A stretch of DNA of 64,000 nucleotides from Bugula neritina (lineage: Eukaryota; Animalia; Bryozoa), in the NCBI GenBank assembly GCA_964035545.1, contig OZ037765.1, forward strand, positions 16,244,995 to 16,308,994, given 5' to 3'. The first letter of the stretch is position 1, and the number at the start of each line of letters is the position of its first letter. The translations under genes were made by a program, and so were the position numbers. Below the pieces are notes generated by a model. The model had not been told where the DNA came from. It saw only the letters and a program-made list of their open reading frames with translations, and did not search any database. Shown here piece by piece: positions 42,330-64,000 of the stretch.

Positions 42330-43066
42330 GTAATGCTTGCTATGATCTAGTTGAAAAATAAAACGACAAGAATATTGTCAATGGTTCCGGATCTACTAGA
42401 AACTTTACAAGGTGGCCATAATGAAAAAAAAAGGCAGCAAGCAATGCTGATGTGAAGAAACTGTGATGCTCATACTCAGTGAATGTGAAAAGTAGGAACA
42501 AAGATAACATAAGAAGATACATGATCATGCGATTTCAATAATTTATTGAAAGTTGTGTAGAATTCATGGGCTTCAGAGGAGCAAGAATTAGTTTGACCAT
42601 CAAGCAGTCAAACATGGAAATTGACATCATAAAGATGGTTTGAGATTTCAACATAAACAACGACAAAGTCATCTAAATTAGGAAGCCTGAAACTGTGATA
42701 GTTGACAAGCGTTATGCAGAAAAAATGGTTACTGATATTACTGAGCCTGATGACTACCAAGTGAAATAGAAAGGAACATATAATAAAGAGAAGTATCAAG
42801 ATCTGGCACCTGCCTTTCCACAACATTAACAACAATCCAAGACATTGTGATTAAAACTCTTGGAGCTACATACAAGATTGTTAATTAGATAGTACTACAT
42901 GAAGTAGCTGAGAACAAATATACACCGATTCAACAGACTGCTTCACTGGAACCAGCTCAAATCTTAAGAATAGTCTTAACTAACTCAGCTTAGTGGAACT
43001 AAATCGATAGTAGATTACACCAACAAAATAAATAGCTGTGATAACTGATACAACTAATAATAATGA
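42330..43066 (+). mobile_element. Decayed 3' end of an RLE-type non-LTR retrotransposon (R4/Dong-like)
   Basis: EETVMLILSECEK (zinc-knuckle remnant), KMV*DFNINNDKVI*IRKPETVIVDKR..TDITEPDD..KEKYQDLA (restriction-like endonuclease RPD..D..K motif) and IQQTASLEPAQILRIVL, ending in a (TAA)n tail. Confidence 0.75.
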
Positions 43067-43732
43067 TAGTACTTAGCCTGCATCAATGAACCTATAATGA
43101 TATCCACTTTAAGTATAAGCCCATCACATATTAACGTTAGTATTGCCAAAACTATCACTTTGAGTACCAGTATTGCAAAAATGCAAATAACATCAATGTC
43201 AATAAGCATAACATAAACTGTGAAAACAATTATGAAAAACTGATAACTATTATTATAGCAGTTATAGTTACTATGAGTAGTATTAATAGTAATAATTTCT
43301 AACTCTAAGGTTAATTTTAACTGACAATGGTAAAGTTCTGTAAGTATTGATATTATAATTATAAACCATTAACCGTGATTAAATATTAAAAAGCTTACAT
43401 GATTGCCACATGCAACAACTTGTGAATTACAAAGTCAAACGTTTTCTCTTACTCTAAAACTCTTAGTCTTAGCCTTATGGCTTAGTCCTACAGTTTTGAG
43501 TTACACTTCTGTTAGTGCTACTCACACTGTTAGCGCTACACTAACACTTACAGTTAGTATTACTATTACTGTTACTTTTAGTCTTAGTACTTACGGTTAG
43601 TAATGCTAATATTTCTACTGATATTAACAGTAAATGTAATAGTAACTGAAAGTGAAAGGCTAAGAATAAGAGTTAAGTTTCAGTTTGTTCTGTGTTAATT
43701 GTTGCTGCATGCAATTGCAACAAGTGAACTAC

Positions 43733-44263
43733 CTATCACTTCGTTTATAATTAACAATATTTGAGTTTAGTGAGTTTAAACCCAGTTGAACTCGGTCACA
43801 TAAATGCTAAAGCTGCAGGCGGACGGATCTTGATGTAAAGCTAATGCAATGCTCATGAATGCTCATATTCATATTGATATTCCAATTCATTGGGAAATTT
43901 TTTTGAAACACGAAGTAGTTTCGCTTTATACTTTAATGGTTAGTATGGCAAAACTCGCTGGAGGGCAAGATTTTCGAAACGCCAAAATACAAACGCAAGC
44001 TAGAAGCCAAAGATCATAGAGTTATTTCTCTTATTGAGAATACAACTCTAAAAACAGCAAGCTTTTTTTTACATCTTTTCATATGTCAAGCTGTAGCATA
44101 TTCCTACACATACATCATTACAATGAAAATTAAAAGTTAAATTTATCTAATGTGAAATAAAATTAGCTAAGATTATTAATGATAAAACAATTACAAAGCG
44201 AAAAAATATTTTCCTAAATTTTAGTGTTTCTAAGTTCGCGGATCGTTACAACTCAACCTAGCG
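43733..44263. promoter_or_regulatory. Putative bidirectional ATAD1/PTEN promoter with non-coding first exons
   Basis: Outward-facing donor sites (minus ag|gtagtt at 43732; plus cg|gtaatt at 44264) bracket a locally CpG-containing segment. Both genes have splice acceptors just upstream of their ATG exons (~38004, ~47449). Inferred only. Confidence 0.5.
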
Positions 44264-45149
44264 GTAATTATTGATACTACCTACTCCTATGTAATACTAA
44301 TACTAATACTAATAGTAAGTGCTAGTTGTTGATCAACTTAAAACATATACTAATAGTAATACTTATAGTATTACTATTAGTAATACCAATAGTTATTAGT
44401 CATTGCTTTGTTATTCTCTTGCTATTTCTTCAATGTTATTTTAGATTATTATTATAAATATGCATTTAACGTATCGTATGGTTTCAGTTTGTCACTTGAC
44501 CTTGTGCAGTTTGAGTTTGTTCTGTCTGTTAGTATTTAATTTTAAATATTTTTATTTTAAAATTTGCTAAAACTAAAAGTAAATTATTATCATCAAATTT
44601 AACAATAATTTTATTTTTAGTTTAAATTATGATATTCATATTGATTTTCATTCTGATTTAGATTATCACAATCACATTCAATTTCATTATGATTGTCATT
44701 ATGATTATCATTATGATTTTACTTTTAGCTTTCAGTTTCACACCACTGGGCTGCCTGGGACACGGAATGGGCCAGAGTCAGAGTGAGACTGAATAGACGC
44801 AGTGAGACTGGGTGTCAAGGTGGATGTGACAAATTTTGAGACTCATATCAACACCATATTTTAATGATACTCATACTATTACTAGTTAAAATGAAGCGTG
44901 AAAGGCAGTCCAAATCATACTCATACTTATAGTGATACTGATAGTGATAGCAATAGACCATAGTGATAGTCAAACTCAATGTCATAGTTATAGTAAAAGT
45001 GTGAGAATGTTTAATCCAATCATAATTATTGAATTTTATCCTCATTCAATTTCATCATGATGATTTTATTAATTATAATCAGGGATTAAATCACGATGAC
45101 AAAAAGTAAAACAATCACAATAAAAAAAATTTTAATATTAGTAATAATG

Positions 45150-45881
45150 CGAAGTCTGAAGGGAGGGTCTCAAATTAAGTGGAAAAATAACTGAACATCT
45201 GGTACCAGTGAGTAACAGAGTGATGTTGAAAATAGTAAAATATGATAGTGAAGAATATGCTGAGCTCCCACAGACAAAATTGTTCAATTATCTTGGAACT
45301 ACGATTCACCAAGATGGGAGATGCAAAGCAGAGGTGGAGAGAAAAATAGAAAAAGCATGGGACAAGTGAAGAGGACTAACTGGCGTGTTGTGTGACAGGA
45401 AAGTTCTAACAAGACTGAAGATGTTAATGTGTGCATTCGACTGGCATTGCTGTATGGCAATGAGATATGGCCGCTCACACATTACCTAGAAAACCGGATT
45501 AGTTCCATTGAAATGAGAATGTTCATCCATGGCATCAGCCTGGAAGAACAAAAGAAGAATGAGGAGATCAGAGACATTGCAAGAGTAAATCTAGTGACGT
45601 TGATGAGAAAGAAAAAACTAGAATGGTATGGACATATATGCAGGAAAGATAAAGAGGACATGGAGAGAATTGGCAACATCAGTGTTGAAGGCAAGAGAAG
45701 GGATAAAGACCAAAACAATGGTGGATGGACACCATCAAATCTGATAAGAAAGCATGGAAATTTAATAGCTAAGACATGAGTGATAGTATCAGATGGAAAA
45801 AATGCGTTGGCTATGCAGAACTACGTTACCCGCAAGAATGAAAAGCAAGAATGGAAATGGTTCGGGTGAAAATAATAATAA
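45150..45881 (+). mobile_element. 5'-truncated RTE-clade LINE fragment (C-terminal RT/thumb region)
   Basis: FNYLGTTIHQDGRCKAEVERKIEKAW..GVLCDRKV..LLYGNEIWPL..IEMRM..NEEIR..LEWYGHICRKD..VEGKRR. Contains frameshifts and stops and ends in an (AAT)n tail. Confidence 0.88.
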
Positions 45882-47535
45882 GTACATATTCCTGTGGTTA
45901 TTGACATTGTAGCTAATTTGTGGTAACCAGTACTCAGCAATTTTCAAGCAATAACATTAACATAAAGTTAAAGGTAATGCGAATGTTAAACTTGATAATA
46001 ATGATTTTTGAGTGTTCAAATATACTGGTAATAATATTAAATTTAATTAATAGTTTTAAGCAAAATTATTGTACCTAAAGTTAATAACTAGCAGTATCAT
46101 ACGGATACACTATGATTTATACTCAAAGTCAAAGTTTAAGTTAATGTTATTAGATATAAGATTAAGTATGGCACTATTTTCGTATGACTGAATTTAACAA
46201 TTGGCTACTGATTGTATGACTGTATCAGCACGTGGTTCACTTCATTTGCAGAGAAGTTAAAGCACGATAATTAGAATCAACCATACAAAAATTGAACAGC
46301 AATATGAATATGAGTTAACAGTGGAATCAAATTCCCTTATACTTATAGTTATCAAATTTATGCAAATCAAATAGAGGGTGTTACCAAGCACTATCTACAG
46401 CCTAGAATAGTGTAGTGAGTGTCAATAAAAGCAGTATTTATACTATAATATTTGATAGCTTTGCCTTTAGTTTTAGTCATTCAATTTTTTATATACAATC
46501 AATAAGTAACAAACTTTATAGTAGACTTATCATGTTGGGTATCTTTGTTCATTATTGCTGAAGCTGTATGCCTTTGCTTATGATAGGACTATTTTTATGC
46601 TCATATTGCTATTGATGTTGCAGTTTACATGCTAAGCCTACATTGGAAGTTTCAATTTCAAACTAAATGCTAATTTAAAAGATCAACATTACAGTCATTT
46701 CAGTGACGAGTGAATTTTTTAGGTTTCACTAGACTATCAGAATCAGTTTAATGCTTTAGATCTTCATCGTGGGGATACTAATAGTCATTTTCACAGTTTA
46801 ACTTGAAATAAAATTCTCATTAAAAAAAGACTGAATCGTTACCTGTAGATATTTTACTTTCCCATCGATTTTGTCTTCATAGAACTGAAATATAGATAAA
46901 AAAATAATTTTCCATTCATTGTCTATTTTTCATGTTTGAAAGTATTCATATTTTTACTGTTGTAATGTTTCCCATGCTTAGTAAGGAATTTATCAGACTA
47001 TGTCATTTGAATATACATTAGAATAGCTTTTTATGAAAGCTTCATTTGCTTCAAACATAAAGTTCTATAACTTTGTTTGCAACATTTTAATTATAATCTA
47101 TTAAAATTATTAATTTCTTTAGTTTTAGTCATTATAAGCTGCTTTTGAAAATTATATAAATTTCCATTTTATTTTTTTTGTGTATTTACTGAGATTATTC
47201 ATTTCTAAAATAATTATTACATTAGCAAAAATGTATCAACATAGAAAATACTTGCTGTGGTCAAGAACACCTACCTGCTTTACAGATTTTGTTGCAAATT
47301 TTGCATACAACCATCATTTCTTCTACCAAAAAAATTCTAAGAACAGATAATGCTTTTTGCTTAAGTTAAAGTTGTTTGCCTGCTGCTGATGAATATTTTC
47401 TATAATTGCTTCACCATTACAGTAAGTTTTCACGTGTGTGATTTTACAGCGATTAGCCAAAGCAGTCTCATGGTTACAATGTAATTAATCCGGGGTGAAT
47501 CTTTTCTGACAATCCAGTCTCTCCTCACACAGATC

Positions 47536-54654
<7,119 letters not shown>

Positions 54655-56008
54655 TGCCAGTACAATTATACAATGGTCAGAAACTGCTAGGATATAGGCA
54701 CGTAGTCCATGGGTGTTGATAGGTAATGTTGGCTTCAATATAATTTTCAATAACTAATCATGGCAATAATACTTCCACCAGGGTTCGAGTATATATTGCT
54801 ACTATAGGGTGTGCTGGCATTTCAAAGATCCCATTTGGTTCACAAACAGTTGAACGGGTCATTTTCTCGATTACATGCCATCGATAGTTAATGGTCATAC
54901 ACATATCCGGTGAAGTTGTTAGTTCAACTACTTCTTTACATGCGTCAATGTTTTCTTGTTTCATGTTCAAGTTTGGCAGCTTGATATTTTCATCTACTGT
55001 GATTTTGTCATCATATTATGTTTTAATATGTAATAGATAAGCATTGCTGCATGCCAATTTAAAACTTAGGCAAATTGTATATCTGGTGTATTATTATAGG
55101 TTTAATTATTCCAATAAATTATGTTCATTATACATTTTGTGATGTACCTGTAGCTTTTTCAGCTACAGTAGTTCTTCCACACACACACATACATATATGG
55201 ATGTATACATGTATGTATACAATTGGTTCACTTGTTTTGGTTTACGGATAATATATTTAATTGGAGTTATTTTTCTACTAAAATAATCATTTAATAGTAT
55301 TCTATCAATTTTTCTTAATATGAAATACGTTTTCAGTTTTCATCTTATTTTTAATATTTTAGATAGTGTGGTATTTTTTAAAAAAAAATAGCATTAGCTT
55401 TTAGACTTGATTTGTGTAACCTAGGAGATTTGTGGTATTCCTATATCAAGTAGTAGTCAAGCTTTTGCTTAATATGCTGTAACCATCATAATAAATGTCC
55501 CAATTTTATATTCTTGATAACCTAATCTAAGCCGTTGAGCCAATTTTTCTGTGCAGTTTTCATCTCTTGTATGAAATTTCTAACTACTTATTTGTAACAA
55601 TTTAATTAAATAAAGTACTTTGTTTAAACTACATCAAGATTTTTTACACACATGATATTTGTACATTTTGACATAAAATAAACAGTTCACTATGGTAGGC
55701 CTGCCAAATAGAAATATTTATTTTATTATAAGCATTTCCAGAAAGCAAATTTTAAAAATATCAATAAGTTAGTTGGTTGATTACAAAAGTTGTAAATGTA
55801 ATAAAAATAAATTGCTAAGAGTTGATAACTTCAAGGAATAATCTATGTGTGCAACAAAAACTAGCAGTAGCCATTGTATACATAATATGCAATACACCAG
55901 TTGCAGCAAAAAGACTATCCAACTACATAATTAAAAAACTTAAAAACTGCCTCAATTGACTGAATTAAAGCTTACTTGTTATAGAATATTGTAGCGGGCT
56001 TAACAAAT

Positions 56009-60272
<4,264 letters not shown>

Positions 60273-61406
60273 TGTTACTGAAGTCTTAATCAAATGTTTT
60301 ATTGCTATCTACAAAACAAGATCATAGTTTTAGTAAAAGATTCAAACAATTGAACTAAATAATTATATAAATTTCACATATTTTAAATAATGATGATCTA
60401 AATAAAGTATAAAAGAGATTATGTGTGTGAGAGAAGACAAGTAGAGAATAAATGAAGAGAGACGGAAAAATATAGAATATAGTGAGACATGGAGTGAAGT
60501 TCTGAGTATACATAACCAAGTAACTGGAGTATATAGGAAAACTCATAGGAATATGTTAGGGTATGCTATGCATGCTCGGCCCAGAACCCTAGACTGCAAA
60601 GCACCACCAGACGAATACCCTAACCCAGAGGCTTAACTCTCCCTAGTCCCTACAGATTAATAGGAGCTGGAGTTACCTCACAGCCAAGTCAAGTACCTGT
60701 ACTAATATACCAATCCCGGGCTAACCCAAAGGCTACAAGATAGTATTATTCAGTGAGTTGACAATTAACTCCGAACTGCAGATTACGTTGTAACAACGCA
60801 TATATATGTACAATATATAGATGTACAAACATACTTTTGCCTGCAAACTTTTATAAAACAATTTTAGGTATCCATACAATTTCCAGGGAAAAATCGGATT
60901 AACCAGTAGTATCAGTAGCCTCAACTTATCATGGTCATTTTTATAAAAATTGTTGAGTTTTATTAACAGGTAAAAACCCATACCTCAACTTATCAATACT
61001 GAAAACAGTTTAATCATGGCCAAGGCATCAATCATAATGATATTGAATGATCATTCTAAAGTGAAAGGAGATCTTTGTGACTCTTCATTCACATTATGAT
61101 TATTAGTAAATATTATTATTTCAGTGGCTTTAGTAACAAGTCATAAGATTAACTTTGAATAATAATCATAATCATTATTTTAATTTCAACATAATGACAA
61201 TCATAATTATTATAACTATTGTTACTATCTTAATAATTATAATATTTAAACTTTTACTTTCGCTAACTCAGCTCACACTTAAACCTCAAGCTGTTATTGT
61301 CAATTTCATTACTTTACAACTCCTTCTTTAAATCCAACAAATTCAAATTGTGACAAGCTGAAATGAAAAATAAAAAATTAACTTTTACTTTTCTTTTGAC
61401 CCATAC

Positions 61407-61700
61407 TCTATTATCATAGTTATCCGATCTATGTTAACCTTGAGGCTTCAAACTTAAAAGGTAAAGTCAACGATTCAATGCATTTGATCCATAACCCTGC
61501 GGCTACAGAGCACATCCAAGTTACTGTTGATCATAATGTCACTCAGTCTGAATTTTCTTATAGTTATTGAGTTATTACGTCATTTGATTTAGTATTATAT
61601 TTCTAATCAATATCAGCATGATTATATCAATATCAATATGAATAGAAAATAAATATAATAAATATATCCTTATTGATATTCCTTATACTAATACGTATAG
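61407..61700. promoter_or_regulatory. Putative Hippo promoter / non-coding first exon, possibly shared with a divergent gene extending beyond the window
   Basis: Minus-strand donor ga|gtatgg at 61406 and an acceptor at 60309 upstream of the Hippo ATG. A-N-T tracts on both sides and a plus-strand acceptor ttttgtttcag at ~62632. Inferred only. Confidence 0.35.
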
Positions 61701-62394
61701 CCATATTTAATTTTATAGTAAACGTTATACTTAATAATTTAAATTTTAACGTATACTCATACTGGCACTGGTAAACTCGATGCTAAATTAATACTAATAG
61801 TGATACCAATTGGCAATAGTATTACTCATTTACTGTAATACTAATAGTAATAGTAACAGTTACATTTATACTTGCTTAGTCTAAGTCTTACAGTTTCAGT
61901 TTGAGCTTTCAGTTAGTGTTGCTGTTAGCACTTAAAGTTAATAGTTAACACTAGTAGCTACATCTACAGTTATTGTAATTAATATTATATCTGGGGCACT
62001 CCATTATATTTAATTTTATTATTAGTATTACCATTATAATTATAATAAATTTTAACTTTAAATTTATTATTCAATTATTTGAAAGCTTAACTTCAAGATT
62101 ATGTTAAAACTTGAAGTTTTTGTTAATAATAGCTATAACTATAAGTATAGGGTTATTTCTTTTTTAATTTTAATTTTACTTTTAGTTTTACTTTTAGACT
62201 ACGTGAAGTGACTCACTGACAGTGACAGTAATTGTAAGTGTTACTGTTAGTGTGACAGAGCCGTATAGCTATCACTATGAGTATGACTATATCTTTTACT
62301 ATCACTATCAGTACTAGCTAGTAGTAGTATTAAATTGTAAGATTTAATAGAATTGTAATGATTATGCTAAGCCTACATAAAAAATCGAATTCTG

Positions 62395-62541
62395 CTCTAA
62401 ACAGCTCCGAGTTGAGACCGAGTACGATAGTTTGGCGTTCTCAAGTTTGGAGTTGGGGTTTAGGTTGAAACTATGAACCCCAACTCCAAACTTATTCTGA
62501 ATTACTGGACTCAGTCACCCCCGATTCGGGGCTGCTTATAG
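62395..62541. mobile_element. ~147-bp palindromic mini-MITE
   Basis: Imperfect terminal IR ctctaaacagctccgagttg / cgattcggggctgcttatag and a perfect internal 18-bp IR aagtttggagttggggtt (62443-62460) / aaccccaactccaaactt (62476-62493). A related copy lies at 3441. Confidence 0.75.
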
Positions 62542-64000
62542 ATAAAAATTGTTTATAGCTTTGGTTCTTGGGTTTGTAAAACTAAACATTACAATTTCCT
62601 GATGTGGATGTAACATACTTATTTTGTTTCAGATTATCCTAGTCTACAGGCAAAATAAATCTTGAACTGAATAATAATTATTTCTAGTTCGGCGGTTAGG
62701 CACGCCAAGATTTTCGAAGTTATCTCCCACATAATATTATAATGTTCACATGAGTAATCGATTTCACGCCTCAGTAATTTGAAGTTAACAGCACTGTATT
62801 GCACATTAGCAGGTATTATAGCTCAGTCTGTCGTCTTGAGACCTGTTAAATTTACAGTATTGCCATTAAATTTTAGTTCGGGAGAAGAACTATAGAGGCA
62901 AGTACTTTAAAGCTACAGCAGACAAATATCAAACAGGTTAGTTAAGTGGCTGTTAACTATTATTATTCACTTAATGAAAATGGTGGCACAGTATTCACTA
63001 AAGGTGCAGGCTATGTTATTATTAATGTTATAAATATAAAATGTTCATTTAAGTCTAGGAATTTAAATTTTTATTAATTGAAACTTTTTATAGTGTAATC
63101 AAGTGTGTATATATTCCAAAATGTATAATCTATCTAAAAAGAATTGTTAGAGTTATTTGCATTTTGCAATAATAATGGTTGAGTAATGGTCAACTATAAC
63201 CTGAAAATATTATCATTTTCCACCTTCAAGGCTACATGATAATGAATATATACTTGCAATGATTATAATATCACTATGATAGTGATTATATGGTGTGTAG
63301 TTTTTAGGATATGCCTGTTCTAACATGCTTAAAATATATTGGTGTTGCTATAAGCTATAATAAGTTAAATTGGCCTAAAATATTTATATTTATTTACTGC
63401 CAAATAAGTTGCTAAGATAAATGTACATTTGAACAGATTTAGTTTAGTTGCTCGTGTCATTGTAAAACACAGTCCTAGCCAAATGCAAGCTACAAAGCAC
63501 ATCCTATAAATCCATAGACTGCATGTTGATATTGTCAGAAATACGTGACTAATTTGCCTCCAGCCATGCAACCCAGCTTGAGACTGGCATAGGAGTGACT
63601 GTAGTGCCCTTCTCCATGTTATCCATTACCCTGCTGCAGGTTTGGTCCACCAAGCTGACTGCAAGTGCATGGGGTGTGCAAGCTATGCAGGCACTTCCCT
63701 TTGCTAGGCTATGGTCGCTTTTTGGGGGTTGCTTAAAGCATGGCATTGGTTTTAATTAAACCTATGCTTGAACTGAGTGTACCTTTCTCTTCTCAGTACT
63801 TTCTCGGCTGGAGTAATTGCAATAGCTGTTTTTGATTATATACTATGCTGTGTCAGCTGCTTGCAAATGGCAAGTCGCCTTCAATTTTTAGTATAGTAGT
63901 ATTCATGTTAATAACCTAAATTCTAGCTTCTAATAACTTCTGTAAGATAGGCTGTTCTGAGTTAGCCCCAACTTCAAAGCTAATCAGCGGTACTTACAGA

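Noticed and set aside
47485-47535. In-frame CTG upstream of the PTEN ATG (PTEN-Long-like extension) and a 4-codon uORF
   Set aside because: The frame is open for only 17 codons before an in-frame stop, and the arrangement is easily expected by chance.
63547-63750. GC-richer block with a 65-aa ORF (also the GC-richer block at 60550-60735)
   Set aside because: No recognisable domain, splice context or termini. Probably repeat fragments.

Overview
AT-rich, intron-rich animal genomic DNA (invertebrate; a lophotrochozoan is my guess, not shown). I spliced five host genes by hand. (1) A minus-strand L1/neuroglian-like Ig-domain membrane protein that lacks FnIII repeats (~1260-12475). (2) HIF1AN/FIH (+, 20368-24891). 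(3) ATAD1/Msp1 (-, 26394-37983). (4) PTEN (+, 47536-54654), with a U12-type first coding intron. (5) Hippo/STK3-4 (-, 56009-60272). ATAD1 and PTEN are head-to-head, as in human. The most striking accessory element is a 4.54-kb TTAA-flanked TIR transposon of Kolobok type in the last ATAD1 intron. It carries two convergent spliced genes with open frames, a P2X7-ballast-like Zn-Cys protein (KolX-like) and a THAP protein, but no recognisable DDE transposase. The window also holds a 2.4-kb foldback element with ~600-bp arms, a 2.35-kb TIR element that appears to have its own spliced transcript, several MITEs, a tRNA-derived SINE with a 20-bp TSD, and decayed CR1/L2-, R4/Dong- and RTE-type LINE fragments. 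A window-wide pattern recurs: 3-bp-periodic A-N-T low-complexity tracts sit just downstream of most known or inferred first-exon donors, including those of the transposon genes. Exon coordinates were read by eye and may be off by a few bases.
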